Shown here piece after piece: positions 38,501 through 48,975 of a stretch of DNA of 64,000 nucleotides. A program made the translations under genes and the position numbers. The notes under the pieces are model-generated. The model saw only the letters and a program-made list of their open reading frames with translations. It did no database searches and was not told the origin of the DNA. Origin of the DNA: Verrucomicrobiaceae bacterium (lineage in GTDB: Bacteria; Verrucomicrobiota; Verrucomicrobiia; Verrucomicrobiales; Akkermansiaceae); NCBI GenBank assembly GCA_051252135.1, contig JBPOGH010000019.1:21176-85175 (forward strand), in the 5' to 3' direction. How positions within the stretch are numbered: the stretch's first letter is position 1; each line of letters opens with the position of its first letter.

Positions 38501-41233
38501 ATGAGGTCAATTTTCATCATCTTCCTGTCAGCGCTGGCGATCCTTCCGGGACAGGAACTCACCGTTTCAAAATCCCCTTCTGGGATCCAATTTGAATGGG
38601 ATCGCGTCTTCCCCCAATCTTCCGGCGTCTCTTCCCGCATCCACTCCCGCCTCCTCAGTTCGACCGACCTCCAACACTGGACGGAAGAAGAACTCCTCAC
38701 CGTTGAAGAGTCCGCCGGAAACGGCACCTCATCCCACTCCGCCCCCCTTCAGGGCCCCGCCCGCTACTTCCGCCTCGAGGAATCCGTCTCCTACTCCCAC
38801 CGCGACGAACCCTCCGCTCCCCCCGCCCTCTACAACCAACAGTTCCTCAACGCCACCGCCTCTCCCCCCGTCCTCCCCCCCCTCGCAGACGATCAATCCC
38901 ACGCCGATCCCAACTGCCTCGACCGCATCTCCTGGGATCCCACCACTGCCAGCTTCTTCGCCGAATACAACACTTCCCCCGAAGACCACAACGTCCCCCT
39001 CGAGCCCGACGACCCCGAACGCCGACTCACCGACTTCCGCCTCAACGCCGCCGAGCTCGCCGCCTTCGAGAAAAACGGCTTCGTCGTCAGTCCCCGAATC
39101 GTCGGACCTGCCTACACCTCGGAAGGTGAACTGTTTCCCTCCTACGCTCCTGTCGATTTCTACTACTCCATCTGGAGCGACGACCTCCCCGTCTTCATCA
39201 CCGCAGACTCCGTCCTCGATGCCTGGCACCAAACCTTCAACAGCATGCTTGAAGAGGTCGAGGAGCTCGTCCTCTACCCCTCGCTTCGATCCTTCCTCGA
39301 CCAACGCCTCTCCCCCGAACTCCAGGAATGGAACACCGAATGGCAGGACAAGGAAACTCCCGGAGCCGATTCCATGAGACAGGCCCTCCGGGACCTCGAC
39401 CTCTACCTCGGAACCGCCTTCCGCGTCGCCAGAGGAACCGACCCGGGCGCCCCGGACGAGGATCGTTCAAATCCCGCTCACTGGCAGCAGTCCATCATCG
39501 CCGCCAAAGACCCCTTAAAAAGAGGCCTCTATGGCGACAACTCCAGACTCGAGGACATGACCCTCTACACCCCCCGCGGTCACTACACCCGCTCTGAGGT
39601 CCTCAAGGGATACTTCCAAACCATCGTCTGGTTCAGCTCTTCCCAATTCCATCTCGCCGGTGAGGAACCTCTCCCCCAGTGGGATCGGGAACTCCGCGCC
39701 GCCATCGCCCTCTCCCTCATCGTTCGGGATTCCGGAGGCCTCCCCGAATGGCAAAATCTCGAAAACTTCCTTCAGGGCATCGCCGGCCAGTCCGATGCCA
39801 TGACCGTCGTCGAAATGATCGCCCTCCTCGAGTCCGTCTCCCTGGATGACCCTTCGGCCATCACCTCCGACGAAAATCTCAACACCGTCCGCGAAGCCCT
39901 CCTCGCTTCCAGCTACGGCATTCAAGAAATCAACGGCGGCAAACACGAGGCCGACATCTCCGAAGGCTGTGACCACGCCACCGCCCCCCTCCCCCGCGCC
40001 CTCTCCCTCTTCGGCCAACGATGGACTCCCGATGCCTGGACCTTCCAAAAAAACGTCTTCCCCGAAGTCAAGGTCGACGGCCAAACCGTCCCGCGCCGCA
40101 TCCCCTCCGCAATCGATGTCGCCTACTCCACCTTCGGAAATGACGCCGCCTACCCCATCCTACTCGACCGCATGTTGGACTCCGATGGTGTCCCCTTCCG
40201 CGATGGCTTCGACCACCGCCCCAACCTCCGGGCCACCCGCACCACCCTCGATGGCCAGGACACCGCTTTCTGGACCGAGCACCTCTACGGCTCCTGGCTC
40301 CACAGCATCCGCGCCCTCTCCCCGCCCCTCCCCCCTTCCGCCCCGGACACCTTCCGCACCGAAGCCTGGAAGCACCGCATCCTCAACACCCAGCTCGCCT
40401 CCTGGACTCACCTCCGCCACGACACCCTCCTCTACAGTAAGCAAAGCTTCACTCCTGCCATCCTCTGCGAATTCCCCGATGGCTACGTCGACCCCTACCC
40501 CGCCCTCTGGCAGCGACTCTCCGACATGGCCCTTAAATACAAAACCCTTCTCGCCGCCTATTCCCTGACCGGACCACACCGCGTCGAGAGCAGAGACACC
40601 GAGGATTGGGATGACCAAATTCGTTTATACAAATGGAACCAATCCGGATACTCACCCCTCCTCATCGACGAGGGACTCCTCCTCGTCGTCGACCGCGGTG
40701 AACGGCTGGCCGCCCTCACTGCCCACCTCGATAACTTCTCCACCCAGTGCCTCAAACTGAAACAAATCTCGGAGCACCAGTTGGCCGGACAGATGCTCAC
40801 CGATGACATGAAAACCTTCATCGGCAACACCGTCGAGGACTTCGACCTCGTCGGCTACGTCGGGGACCGCCTTTACAACGGCTGGTTCCCCAACCTCTAC
40901 TTCCACAACGCCTTCATCAAATGGGACGACCACCCCTCCTCCGAGTGGAACCCCAGCGTTGTCGATGTCCACACTGATTCGATCGATATCCTTTGCTATG
41001 GCGACCCCGGCGCCATCCTCCACCAGGGCGTCGGACGCGCGCACTTCATGCTCATCTCCGTCAAGCACCCCGACGGCTCCGCCTGCACCTACGGAGGCCC
41101 CGTCCTCAGCCATTACGAATTCCTCAAACCCTTCGGCGTCCGCATGTCCGATGAACAATGGCAAGTCGAACTCCAATCCAACGACGAACTCGCCCCCGCC
41201 GACTGGAAACGCTCCTTCCTCATCACGGAATAA
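38501..41233 (+). CDS. Secreted DUF3160-like protein
   Basis: KNGFVV, DLPVFITADSVL, YTPRGHYTRSE, LASWTHLRHDTLLYSKQS, GYVDP, VVDVHT, GPVLSHYEF. Confidence 0.85.
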   Translation: MRSIFIIFLSALAILPGQELTVSKSPSGIQFEWDRVFPQSSGVSSRIHSRLLSSTDLQHWTEEELLTVEESAGNGTSSHSAPLQGPARYFRLEESVSYSHRDEPSAPPALYNQQFLNATASPPVLPPLADDQSHADPNCLDRISWDPTTASFFAEYNTSPEDHNVPLEPDDPERRLTDFRLNAAELAAFEKNGFVVSPRIVGPAYTSEGELFPSYAPVDFYYSIWSDDLPVFITADSVLDAWHQTFNSMLEEVEELVLYPSLRSFLDQRLSPELQEWNTEWQDKETPGADSMRQALRDLDLYLGTAFRVARGTDPGAPDEDRSNPAHWQQSIIAAKDPLKRGLYGDNSRLEDMTLYTPRGHYTRSEVLKGYFQTIVWFSSSQFHLAGEEPLPQWDRELRAAIALSLIVRDSGGLPEWQNLENFLQGIAGQSDAMTVVEMIALLESVSLDDPSAITSDENLNTVREALLASSYGIQEINGGKHEADISEGCDHATAPLPRALSLFGQRWTPDAWTFQKNVFPEVKVDGQTVPRRIPSAIDVAYSTFGNDAAYPILLDRMLDSDGVPFRDGFDHRPNLRATRTTLDGQDTAFWTEHLYGSWLHSIRALSPPLPPSAPDTFRTEAWKHRILNTQLASWTHLRHDTLLYSKQSFTPAILCEFPDGYVDPYPALWQRLSDMALKYKTLLAAYSLTGPHRVESRDTEDWDDQIRLYKWNQSGYSPLLIDEGLLLVVDRGERLAALTAHLDNFSTQCLKLKQISEHQLAGQMLTDDMKTFIGNTVEDFDLVGYVGDRLYNGWFPNLYFHNAFIKWDDHPSSEWNPSVVDVHTDSIDILCYGDPGAILHQGVGRAHFMLISVKHPDGSACTYGGPVLSHYEFLKPFGVRMSDEQWQVELQSNDELAPADWKRSFLITE

Positions 41234-41257
41234 CCACTTGTCTAAGAGGCTGTCTGG

Positions 41258-42430
41258 TCAAAATCGATCCGACTCCCAGTATCCCGCCCCCGCCCGAATC
41301 CCTTGCGGCGGAATCCGGTCAGCCGCCGCCGGTTCCCTCACCAATTGAAACACCTGCCCGAGCGGACTCCGCCCCGGCCGCGCACCCCGCGTATACCGGC
41401 TCTCCCCCCAATGATCACCCACCACCAATAGATCAAACCCCTCAAACTCCCTACCCTCTCCAAAGGCAAGCCTCCCCGAAAAAACTCCCTCGTAACCCAA
41501 CGAACGATCAGGAGAAGCCACCTCGAATCCCCCCTTCAGTTCGCCACCTTTCAACACCGTCACTTTGACCGACTTAACCTCATCCCGACTCCAGTTCCGG
41601 GGCTCACCACGCGTATTGTCCAGCAGATGAAAGCGCGCAATCCGCAGGGCCAGAGCCTCGGATAATTCTCCCCCCGTCTCCGCAAGACCACGCAACTCCC
41701 GCACCTCCCCCGCCCTCAGCCAGAGATGATCCACCGCCGTTAAAAAAGTAGCGTCCGTCGCCTCGGCCGCCCGCAGCCTCTCCCCTTCCCGCTCCAGCGC
41801 CCGCGTCGACACCCTGATAATCGCCCCGCCCTCCGGTAACGCCGGAGCGTAACGCGCATCATCCTCACCCGCCTCCCCAATCGTCACCTTCTTCTCACCC
41901 TCCGCAAGCGACTCCCACTTTTCCAACGCCTCCCGCATCATCGCCAACCGCTTCTCCGGCCCCCGGTTGTTATTGTATCCCAACAACTTCCCGCCCGCCG
42001 TCAGCACATAATGCCCCTGCCGCGTCCCGCCTGCTTCACGCCGCGGCCCCTGCGCAGCCACCCCGCGAAAAAACTCCCCCTCCGCATCCTGCCTCCGCCG
42101 CTGATACCAATCATCCGCCGCCACCGGGATAAATTTCTCCGCCAACAACGTCTGCACCTCCGCATCCGAAAACACCAACAACCTGTCGGTGACCCCGTTG
42201 TTTCAAACACACCCCAAAGGATGCCCGTCCATCTCCCACAAATAAATCGGCTTCCCCGCCTCATTCGCCTCCTTCCGCGCCTCCCACAAATCAGTCCGCC
42301 ACGCAATCTGCGACCACTCCGCCTCCTCCACCGAAGGCAAAATCTCCTTCACCAGCCTCTCCTCATCCCCCGTCCACGCCCCGGCAGGGGATGCCAGAGC
42401 CAACACGGCAAAAATTGTAGCATATCTCAT
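41258..42430 (-). CDS. Exported thioredoxin-like protein with an in-frame TGA (C-V-TGA motif); 390 aa if read through
   Basis: ORFs 42203-42439 and 41258-42181 are in the same frame and separated only by TGA plus 7 sense codons (NNGVTDR). Signal peptide; WRTDLWEARKEANEAGKPIYLW...GC-V-* then VFSDAEVQTLLAEKFIPV, a continuous thioredoxin-like pattern. Confidence 0.8.
42173..42191 (-). promoter_or_regulatory. SECIS-like hairpin downstream of the TGA in the thioredoxin-like gene
   Basis: mRNA CACCGACA-GGU-UGUUGGUG, an 8-bp stem (one G-U pair) starting after an 11-nt spacer from the UGA. Confidence 0.65.
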
Positions 42431-42526
42431 ATCTGACACACTGGCTGGTTTCCAAATTGATGCAAGGAGCTTGGAGTTTCATTTTTACCTTTCGCCGACA
42501 CATTTGAAATCTCTAGGATCAATCAG

Positions 42527-44632
42527 ATGCCCGAGTTTGCCCCGAACGATCTTCATCGAAACCCCGATGCCCTCCGCGGCACCCGCCTCAAGGTCGAACC
42601 CGCTCCCGATTGGGTCGTTAGACGAAAAGTCAAAAACATCGGGCGCATCGACGGATTCCCGGTCACCATGCTTCTCCTCGATCGCCAGATCAATCCCGAC
42701 AGCCTCGTCCGCTACACCCGCTACGTCCGCCGACTCGAAACTCCTCAGGCTGTCCAGGATGCCGGTCGCATCGAAATGGACTTCGATCCCGCCACCCAAA
42801 CCCTCCTCGTCCACGCCATCTCTATCTTTCGAAATGGCGAACTCACCAACTATGCCAATCTCGAGGACATCAATATCATTCAACGGGAACGCGATCTTGA
42901 AAAAGGAATCTACGCCGGCAGCATTACCGCCCTCATCCTCCTCAAGGATGTCAGAACCGGGGACGTTATCGATATCGAAACCAGCGTCTCATCCGACGAC
43001 GCAATCTTCCCCTCACACTACTGGTTCACCGAAAATTTCGAACACACCCTCCCCGTCGGCCATCAATACTTCTCCTGGATCAGCCAAAATCAGGAGCGCT
43101 TCAAGGTAAGCACCCACCCAAAGGACACCCTCCTCGAGGAAGAGGAAACCACCTGGGGAGTTCGTAAAACCTGGAGCCGGGAATCCGCCTCCGTCCTCGA
43201 CCTTCCTCCCCTCCTTCCCCTCGGATACAACCCCTTCGAGCACCTCTCTCTCACCACCTTCCAATCGTGGAAGGAAGTCGCCGCAGAGGTTGCCCTCCTC
43301 TGGGAACGGACCGAAAAACCCGGCCCCGATCTTCCTTCCGAACTCCAGACCCTGCAGACTCAACACCCCGATTCCCCGGTCGCTCTCATTGAAGCCATCG
43401 TCGCCTTCGTCCGCGATAACATCCGCTACCAGGGAGTGGAAATCGGACGACTCGGCCTCGTCCCCGAAGAACTCCACACCATCTGGGAGCGCCGCTTCGG
43501 CGATTGCAAGGAGAAGACCAGCCTCCTCTGCTGGATGCTCCGTGAAAGCGGCTTCGATGCCCACCCCGCCCTCGTCTCCACCGCCCTCCGGGGTCGCATC
43601 ACCGACCACCTTCCGGCTCCCATCTTCGACCACGTCGTCGTCTATCTCAATCATGACGAACAAGATTACTGGATCGATCCCACCGTCATCTCCCAACGGG
43701 GCTCCCTCGATTCCTGGACCAGCCTCCCTTTTGAAAAGGCTCTCCTCATCTCCGATCAGACCGAAGACTTCATTCAAATCGCCGAGCCACCTCCCGGCCG
43801 CGATCTCCTGAAAGTTCACGAGCACTACCGCTTCCAGGGTCGGGATGCCACTCTCGCCGTAAAACACGAATACTCGGGAGCCGAAGCCGACGGCGTAAGA
43901 GGAGTCCTCGACTCCAATGGACGAACCGCCATCCAGCAAATCTTCAGCGAGATCGTCAAATCCACCCGCTCCCAGGCCGAACTCAAAACCGATCTCGAGG
44001 TAGCCGACGACCCCGCTCGAAACATCATCACCCTACAGGCCGATTTCACCATCAAGGACGCCCTCACCAATGCCAATCGCGGCAACACTCTCGGTTGCGA
44101 ATTTGTCCCCCACTCCATCGTCGGAAAAATCAGCGGCATCGATCAACAAAATCGCACCATGCCCCTCGCCCTCAACCACCCCTTCGAGGTGGAACACTCA
44201 ACCCGGGTCGAGCACCCCGATGCCAAGGGGGCCATCGTTCCAAAGACCATCATCAACAACGAATTCCTCGAGTTCGAAGCAGGCACCCGCGATGAGAAAA
44301 CCAAGCCCACCATCTACTACCGCTATCGCTCCAAAGCTCCCGAAATCCCCATCGACCAGCTCCATCGCTACCGCCTCAATCTCGACCAGATCGGCTCCGT
44401 CATCTCCCTCATCTTTGAAACCCGCACCGACCGACGCAGCAAAACCACCCTCCCATCCTCCTCCCGAAACTGGCAGGACGAAGAACTCGATCCCGAAGTA
44501 GGACATCAATACCGCCCCCGGTCCCAACCCACCCACCACCGCTCCGGCCCTCCCGTCTGGGTCTACGTCGTCTTCGGCCTCATCGGCATCAGAATCCTCG
44601 CCCTCATTATCCGACTCGCCACAGAACGCTAA
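42527..44632 (+). CDS. DUF3857 + transglutaminase-like domain protein
   Basis: DVRTGDVID, FVRDNIRY, RRFGDCKEK, FDHVVV, YWIDPT (Cys-His-Asp triad); C-terminal TM helix. Confidence 0.88.
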   Translation: MPEFAPNDLHRNPDALRGTRLKVEPAPDWVVRRKVKNIGRIDGFPVTMLLLDRQINPDSLVRYTRYVRRLETPQAVQDAGRIEMDFDPATQTLLVHAISIFRNGELTNYANLEDINIIQRERDLEKGIYAGSITALILLKDVRTGDVIDIETSVSSDDAIFPSHYWFTENFEHTLPVGHQYFSWISQNQERFKVSTHPKDTLLEEEETTWGVRKTWSRESASVLDLPPLLPLGYNPFEHLSLTTFQSWKEVAAEVALLWERTEKPGPDLPSELQTLQTQHPDSPVALIEAIVAFVRDNIRYQGVEIGRLGLVPEELHTIWERRFGDCKEKTSLLCWMLRESGFDAHPALVSTALRGRITDHLPAPIFDHVVVYLNHDEQDYWIDPTVISQRGSLDSWTSLPFEKALLISDQTEDFIQIAEPPPGRDLLKVHEHYRFQGRDATLAVKHEYSGAEADGVRGVLDSNGRTAIQQIFSEIVKSTRSQAELKTDLEVADDPARNIITLQADFTIKDALTNANRGNTLGCEFVPHSIVGKISGIDQQNRTMPLALNHPFEVEHSTRVEHPDAKGAIVPKTIINNEFLEFEAGTRDEKTKPTIYYRYRSKAPEIPIDQLHRYRLNLDQIGSVISLIFETRTDRRSKTTLPSSSRNWQDEELDPEVGHQYRPRSQPTHHRSGPPVWVYVVFGLIGIRILALIIRLATER

Positions 44633-44646
44633 CCGCCCGACCGCAC

Positions 44647-44677
44647 AAAAAAACGGCCACTCCGAAAAGTGACCGTT
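44647..44677 (-). terminator. Probable terminator of dapL
   Basis: AACGGCCAC...GTGACCGTT stem with a T7 run on the minus strand. Confidence 0.65.
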
Positions 44678-44713
44678 GCTAAAATATCTTGGCGAAGACC
44701 CTTGGAGGCTGTC

Positions 44714-45943
44714 TTAAACCATCGCCTTCAAGCGCTCGCAAACTTCCTCAACGTTTTCCCGCGAGTTGAATGCGGAAATCCGGAAGAAGCCTTCGCCCGC
44801 CGCCCCAAATCCCGAACCGGGAGTGACCACGACTTGTGCCCCTTCGAGCATCTTATCAAACATTCCCCAGCTCGTGACGCCCTCGGGACAACCGACCCAA
44901 ACATAAGGGGCATTCTCGCCGCCCCAGACTTTCAGCCCGAGCGCTTCACAAGCGTCCTTGAGAAGCTTCGCGTTCGTCATGTAATGCTTCACCAGTTCGG
45001 CCACTTCAGCCTTGCCGGCCTCGGAATAAATCGCTTCCGCGCCACGCTGCACCGGGTAACTCGCCCCGTTGAATTTCGTGGAATGACGCCGTGACCAAAG
45101 CTGCTTCAGCGGCACCCGCTCACCGGAAGCCGTTGAACCGGTCACCGTTTCCGGAATCACCGTGAAGGCACAACGCACCCCCGTGAATCCGCCGTTCTTG
45201 GAGAACGACCGGAACTCAATCGCGCAATCCTTCGCTCCTTCAATCTCGTAGATCGAGCGAGGCACGCTGCTGTCCTGCACAAAAGCCTCATACGCGGCAT
45301 CATAAAGAATCACCGCATCGTTCGCCTTCGCATAGGCCACCCAGGCCTCAAGCTGCTCGCGCGTCGCCGTCGTTCCCGTCGGGTTGTTGGGATAGCAAAG
45401 ATAGATCAAATCCACCTTCTCCTCCGGGATTGCCGGCACAAAACCATTCTCCGCCGTGCACTTGAGATAAACCAATCCCTCATACTCGCCCTGCTCATTG
45501 GCCTCACCCGTGTTCCCGATCATCACGTTCGTATCAACGTAAACGGGATAAACCGGATCGGTCACCGCAATCTTATTCCCCTCACCGAGAATATCCAAAA
45601 TGTTTCCCGAGTCACACTTCGAGCCGTCGGATACAAAAATATCACCCGCATCAATTCCCAGACCGGCGTAGGCATTCTCCGCAATCGCTTCACGAAGGAA
45701 CGGATAACCCTGCTCGGGTCCATACCCCCGAAAGGTGCCCCGATTCCCAAGTTCATCCACCGCCTTCTTCATCGCCTCACGCGCCGCCACCGGAACCGGC
45801 TCGGTCACGTCACCAATGCCACAACGGATCAGACGCTTCGCCTTCTCCGGCTCGGCGTCCGTGTAGGCGTTCACGCGGCGGGCGATTTCCGGGAAAAGAT
45901 ACCCGGCCTTAAGCTTCAGAAAATTTTCGTTAATGCGAGCCAT
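44714..45943 (-). CDS. dapL: LL-diaminopimelate aminotransferase
   Basis: [56 protein letters not shown]. Confidence 0.95.
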   Translation of the reverse strand: MARINENFLKLKAGYLFPEIARRVNAYTDAEPEKAKRLIRCGIGDVTEPVPVAAREAMKKAVDELGNRGTFRGYGPEQGYPFLREAIAENAYAGLGIDAGDIFVSDGSKCDSGNILDILGEGNKIAVTDPVYPVYVDTNVMIGNTGEANEQGEYEGLVYLKCTAENGFVPAIPEEKVDLIYLCYPNNPTGTTATREQLEAWVAYAKANDAVILYDAAYEAFVQDSSVPRSIYEIEGAKDCAIEFRSFSKNGGFTGVRCAFTVIPETVTGSTASGERVPLKQLWSRRHSTKFNGASYPVQRGAEAIYSEAGKAEVAELVKHYMTNAKLLKDACEALGLKVWGGENAPYVWVGCPEGVTSWGMFDKMLEGAQVVVTPGSGFGAAGEGFFRISAFNSRENVEEVCERLKAMV

Positions 45944-45987
45944 GTCGCGCCTGAGATAGCCACCGGACCACCGACCCGCAACCGAAA

Positions 45988-47628
45988 TCACTCCCCCAAT
46001 TCCACCGCCACCCGAAAGAACCGGAACGAGGGCGTCAGCGCGTAGCGATGACTCACTTTCTCAATCTCCCCGTTGATCGAACTCACCACCGGCGCCTCCA
46101 GCCCCACTCCCGCATCTCCCCACGATTCCCCAACCAAGGATTCCGAGACCTGAATTTCATAACTCAGCGCCCGATCAACCCGGTCTTTCCGCCGCAGGTA
46201 GCTAAAGACAATCGCCCCGTCATCACCGGCCACTTGCGGCAGCAACACCTGATTCGTCCCCGGCAAAAATCGCGACCCCTCCTCCGGATCACCGCCAAAG
46301 GCATATTCATGAAGATTCAAAACGCCGTCTCCGTCATCGTCTTCCTCGGGCTGATCATCACCTAACCCGGCCGACCACGACCGATAGGACTCAATCACCT
46401 CCAGATTCAAATTCTGGGAGACCTCCGAAAATTCGTCCGCCGAATAGCTCACTACCGAGTTGAACACACCCGCATTGGTCGGCGTAAAGGTCACCGACAC
46501 CACCGATTGTTCCTGCGTGTCCAACCCGCCCTTCCTCGCCGTCACTCCCTCATTCGCCCCAACGCCTACCCATGAGGTCCCGCTGGCCGAGACCGCCTCG
46601 GACACCGGAAGGGTCTGGGAAAATTTCACGTTGTTGGCATCTTCAAGATTCCCCGTATTGGTGACCGTAAACGGAATCGTCACCGGATAACCCGCCCGGA
46701 TCAGCGACGGCACCGTGGAGGATACCGTAAGCGTCGTGGAAGGTTGAATCGCCCCGGGCACCGCACGCTTCATGTGGTATCCCTCCGCCGCCATCACCGC
46801 GTTGAACCGATCAACATAATGGGGAACAAACGCGTCAAAATTCGTAATCTGCCTCGCCCCGGTCAAGCCAACCGTCGCCACCGCCATGTGCGTCCCAACC
46901 AATGCCCCCACCCCGTCAACATCAACCAGCGACGGACTCCCCGAATCCCCCCCCTCCACATAAACATCATCGGGACCCGTCCCCGAAATCAACGTGTTCT
47001 CCTGAAACACCCACGTGAAGGCCTCGGTGTCATTGATCCCCGCTCCTCCCGTGAGCGCACCCGTCGACGAACCACTCCCAAACTGCGTCCTCGCCTGCAA
47101 AATCCCAAACCCCGCACGGAGGGTCGGATTCCCTCCGGTCCGATGCCCCGTAAAGATCAAACTTTGCCCCACATACTGACTCTCGGACACACTCAGGTAA
47201 GGCTGAAACCCAATTCCATCCTCCGCCGCAACCTCCCCTTCCAGGGTCCCAATAAAAAGATCGGAAGCCACCCCGTCATCGTTCGGAATCGATTGCACCG
47301 TCCCGATCGCATACGTCCGCACCACTCCATCACTCGCCAAAAAACTCACACTCCCCGCCGTCGATGGCTTGAAATGATTGGCCCCCACAAAGTGCTTGGG
47401 CGAAACCAGCGTCAATTGCCGGCGCCGCTCAACCGTCGTATTGCTGGGCGCAATGTACCAACCCACGCCCCTCAATTCGGTTCCGGAATACAGAAACGTC
47501 GGATTGGCAGTCGGAGCCGATGGAAAATTCAAAAAACGGTCATGCCGCGCACTCGTATAACTCCGCACTTGCAAGGCAAAGACAGAAGGAGACGCGGCCA
47601 AAAGCAACAAAAGGGTGATTGATTTCAT
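45988..47628 (-). CDS. Secreted trypsin-like serine protease with an Ig-like (DUF11/CARDB-like) domain and a C-terminal DxDGDG...FFRV module
   Basis: Signal peptide; catalytic-like His (VGANHF), Asp (SDLFIG), Ser (GGDSGSP); FTVTNTG Ig-like fold. Confidence 0.75.
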   Translation of the reverse strand: MKSITLLLLLAASPSVFALQVRSYTSARHDRFLNFPSAPTANPTFLYSGTELRGVGWYIAPSNTTVERRRQLTLVSPKHFVGANHFKPSTAGSVSFLASDGVVRTYAIGTVQSIPNDDGVASDLFIGTLEGEVAAEDGIGFQPYLSVSESQYVGQSLIFTGHRTGGNPTLRAGFGILQARTQFGSGSSTGALTGGAGINDTEAFTWVFQENTLISGTGPDDVYVEGGDSGSPSLVDVDGVGALVGTHMAVATVGLTGARQITNFDAFVPHYVDRFNAVMAAEGYHMKRAVPGAIQPSTTLTVSSTVPSLIRAGYPVTIPFTVTNTGNLEDANNVKFSQTLPVSEAVSASGTSWVGVGANEGVTARKGGLDTQEQSVVSVTFTPTNAGVFNSVVSYSADEFSEVSQNLNLEVIESYRSWSAGLGDDQPEEDDDGDGVLNLHEYAFGGDPEEGSRFLPGTNQVLLPQVAGDDGAIVFSYLRRKDRVDRALSYEIQVSESLVGESWGDAGVGLEAPVVSSINGEIEKVSHRYALTPSFRFFRVAVELGE

Positions 47629-47662
47629 TTTCGGGCTGGTTGTTGGGGGGGCACTTTGGAGA

Positions 47663-48970
47663 ATGGGAGTGATGTCCAAAGCAACGTTGATATTCATCCT
47701 AACAGTAATTTCCGCTCAAGGAAATGGAGTTCTTCGCTGGGGCTTTGGAGCAGACGATCTCGCCTCCGCAGGCGCCTTCGGTGTCACGGGCGGAAGCGCC
47801 CTCACCGCCATTCAGGGCAACCCCGCGATCCTGGGTTCCCTGGATCGCGAAACGGTCGCATCGCTCCGCTTCTTGGACGGCGAAGCAGATTTCACCCGGG
47901 CCGGCATCACCTCCTCGCTTCGCGACGGACAAGGGGTCTACCCCGATCTCGCCTTCTCCTGGAAAACCCCGGAATCCCCCTGGACCTGGGGTGCCGGACT
48001 TTCCGTCATCTCGGGACTTGAAGCCAATTGGCTCTATCAGGACACCCCCGGTGGAATCGGCGGCATTTCCTTTGGCACCCTCCCCCACGAAAGCCGCTAC
48101 ACAGCCATCAGGTTGTCCGCCGGCGCCGGCTATCAGGTCAACGATGACCTCGCCCTCGGCCTCTCGATTGGCATGGTCCGCAGCGAAGTCCTTTTCGACG
48201 CCCCCTTCATTTTTCAAACCAACCCCGCCCTTAAGGGAGCCAAGGTCGACCTCCTGATGGGAGTCGAAGATTGGGCCCCCACCCTCACTCTCGGCGCCGT
48301 CTATCAGGTCAGTAACAATTGGACCATCGGCCTCGATATCACCCCCCAAATCCCCTTCGATCACCACGGATACGCCCGCGCCGACTACTCCGCCCAACTC
48401 CCCCCTCTCGGATTCGCCGGCGCTCCGCCGATCGCCGAATACGCCGCCCGCGTGCGAAATGAACTGCCCCTGAAAATCAACCTCGGCTCCTCCTGGCAGG
48501 TGAATGATCAACTCTCCCTCGGCTTCCGCGCCGATCGCATCCAATGGGCCGATTCCTACGATCGCATGCGCGTCGATCTCTCCAATGGCAGCAATCCCAC
48601 CATCAATGGCGCCATCGGCTCCCAACTTTGGGACGAAGTCCCGCTGCGTTGGAAAAACCGCTGGGCCCTCTCCTTCGGCGCCCGCTATCAACTCTCCTCC
48701 GAATGGACTCTCCTCGGAGGCTATCGCTACGCCAAATCCCCCATCCCGGACGAATTCGTCACCCCGCTCAATGGTGCCATCCTCGAACAAGCCATCACCC
48801 TCGGGCTCGGCTGGCACCGGGATGATTGGGATGTAAATCTGGGATGGGCTCATGAATTCGGTCCCTCGGTCAATGTCGCTACCAGTGGCTATCAGGCCGG
48901 TGAATATTCCAACAGCTCGCTCGATGTGAAGGTCGACCACCTCAGCCTTAGCATCCGTCGCCAGTTCTGA
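47663..48970 (+). CDS. FadL/OmpP1/TodX-family outer-membrane transporter
   Basis: N-terminal hatch (GAFG...NPAIL), alternating beta-strands, W-x-N-x-W...G-x-x-Y, terminal Phe. Start may instead be 47672. Confidence 0.8.
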   Translation: MGVMSKATLIFILTVISAQGNGVLRWGFGADDLASAGAFGVTGGSALTAIQGNPAILGSLDRETVASLRFLDGEADFTRAGITSSLRDGQGVYPDLAFSWKTPESPWTWGAGLSVISGLEANWLYQDTPGGIGGISFGTLPHESRYTAIRLSAGAGYQVNDDLALGLSIGMVRSEVLFDAPFIFQTNPALKGAKVDLLMGVEDWAPTLTLGAVYQVSNNWTIGLDITPQIPFDHHGYARADYSAQLPPLGFAGAPPIAEYAARVRNELPLKINLGSSWQVNDQLSLGFRADRIQWADSYDRMRVDLSNGSNPTINGAIGSQLWDEVPLRWKNRWALSFGARYQLSSEWTLLGGYRYAKSPIPDEFVTPLNGAILEQAITLGLGWHRDDWDVNLGWAHEFGPSVNVATSGYQAGEYSNSSLDVKVDHLSLSIRRQF

Positions 48971-48975
48971 CCGAA

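Noticed and set aside
41258..42439. Two separate genes or a frameshifted pseudogene
   Set aside because: The two ORFs are exactly in frame with a single TGA between them and no other lesion, so one recoded gene is the simpler reading. A nonsense mutation cannot be fully excluded.
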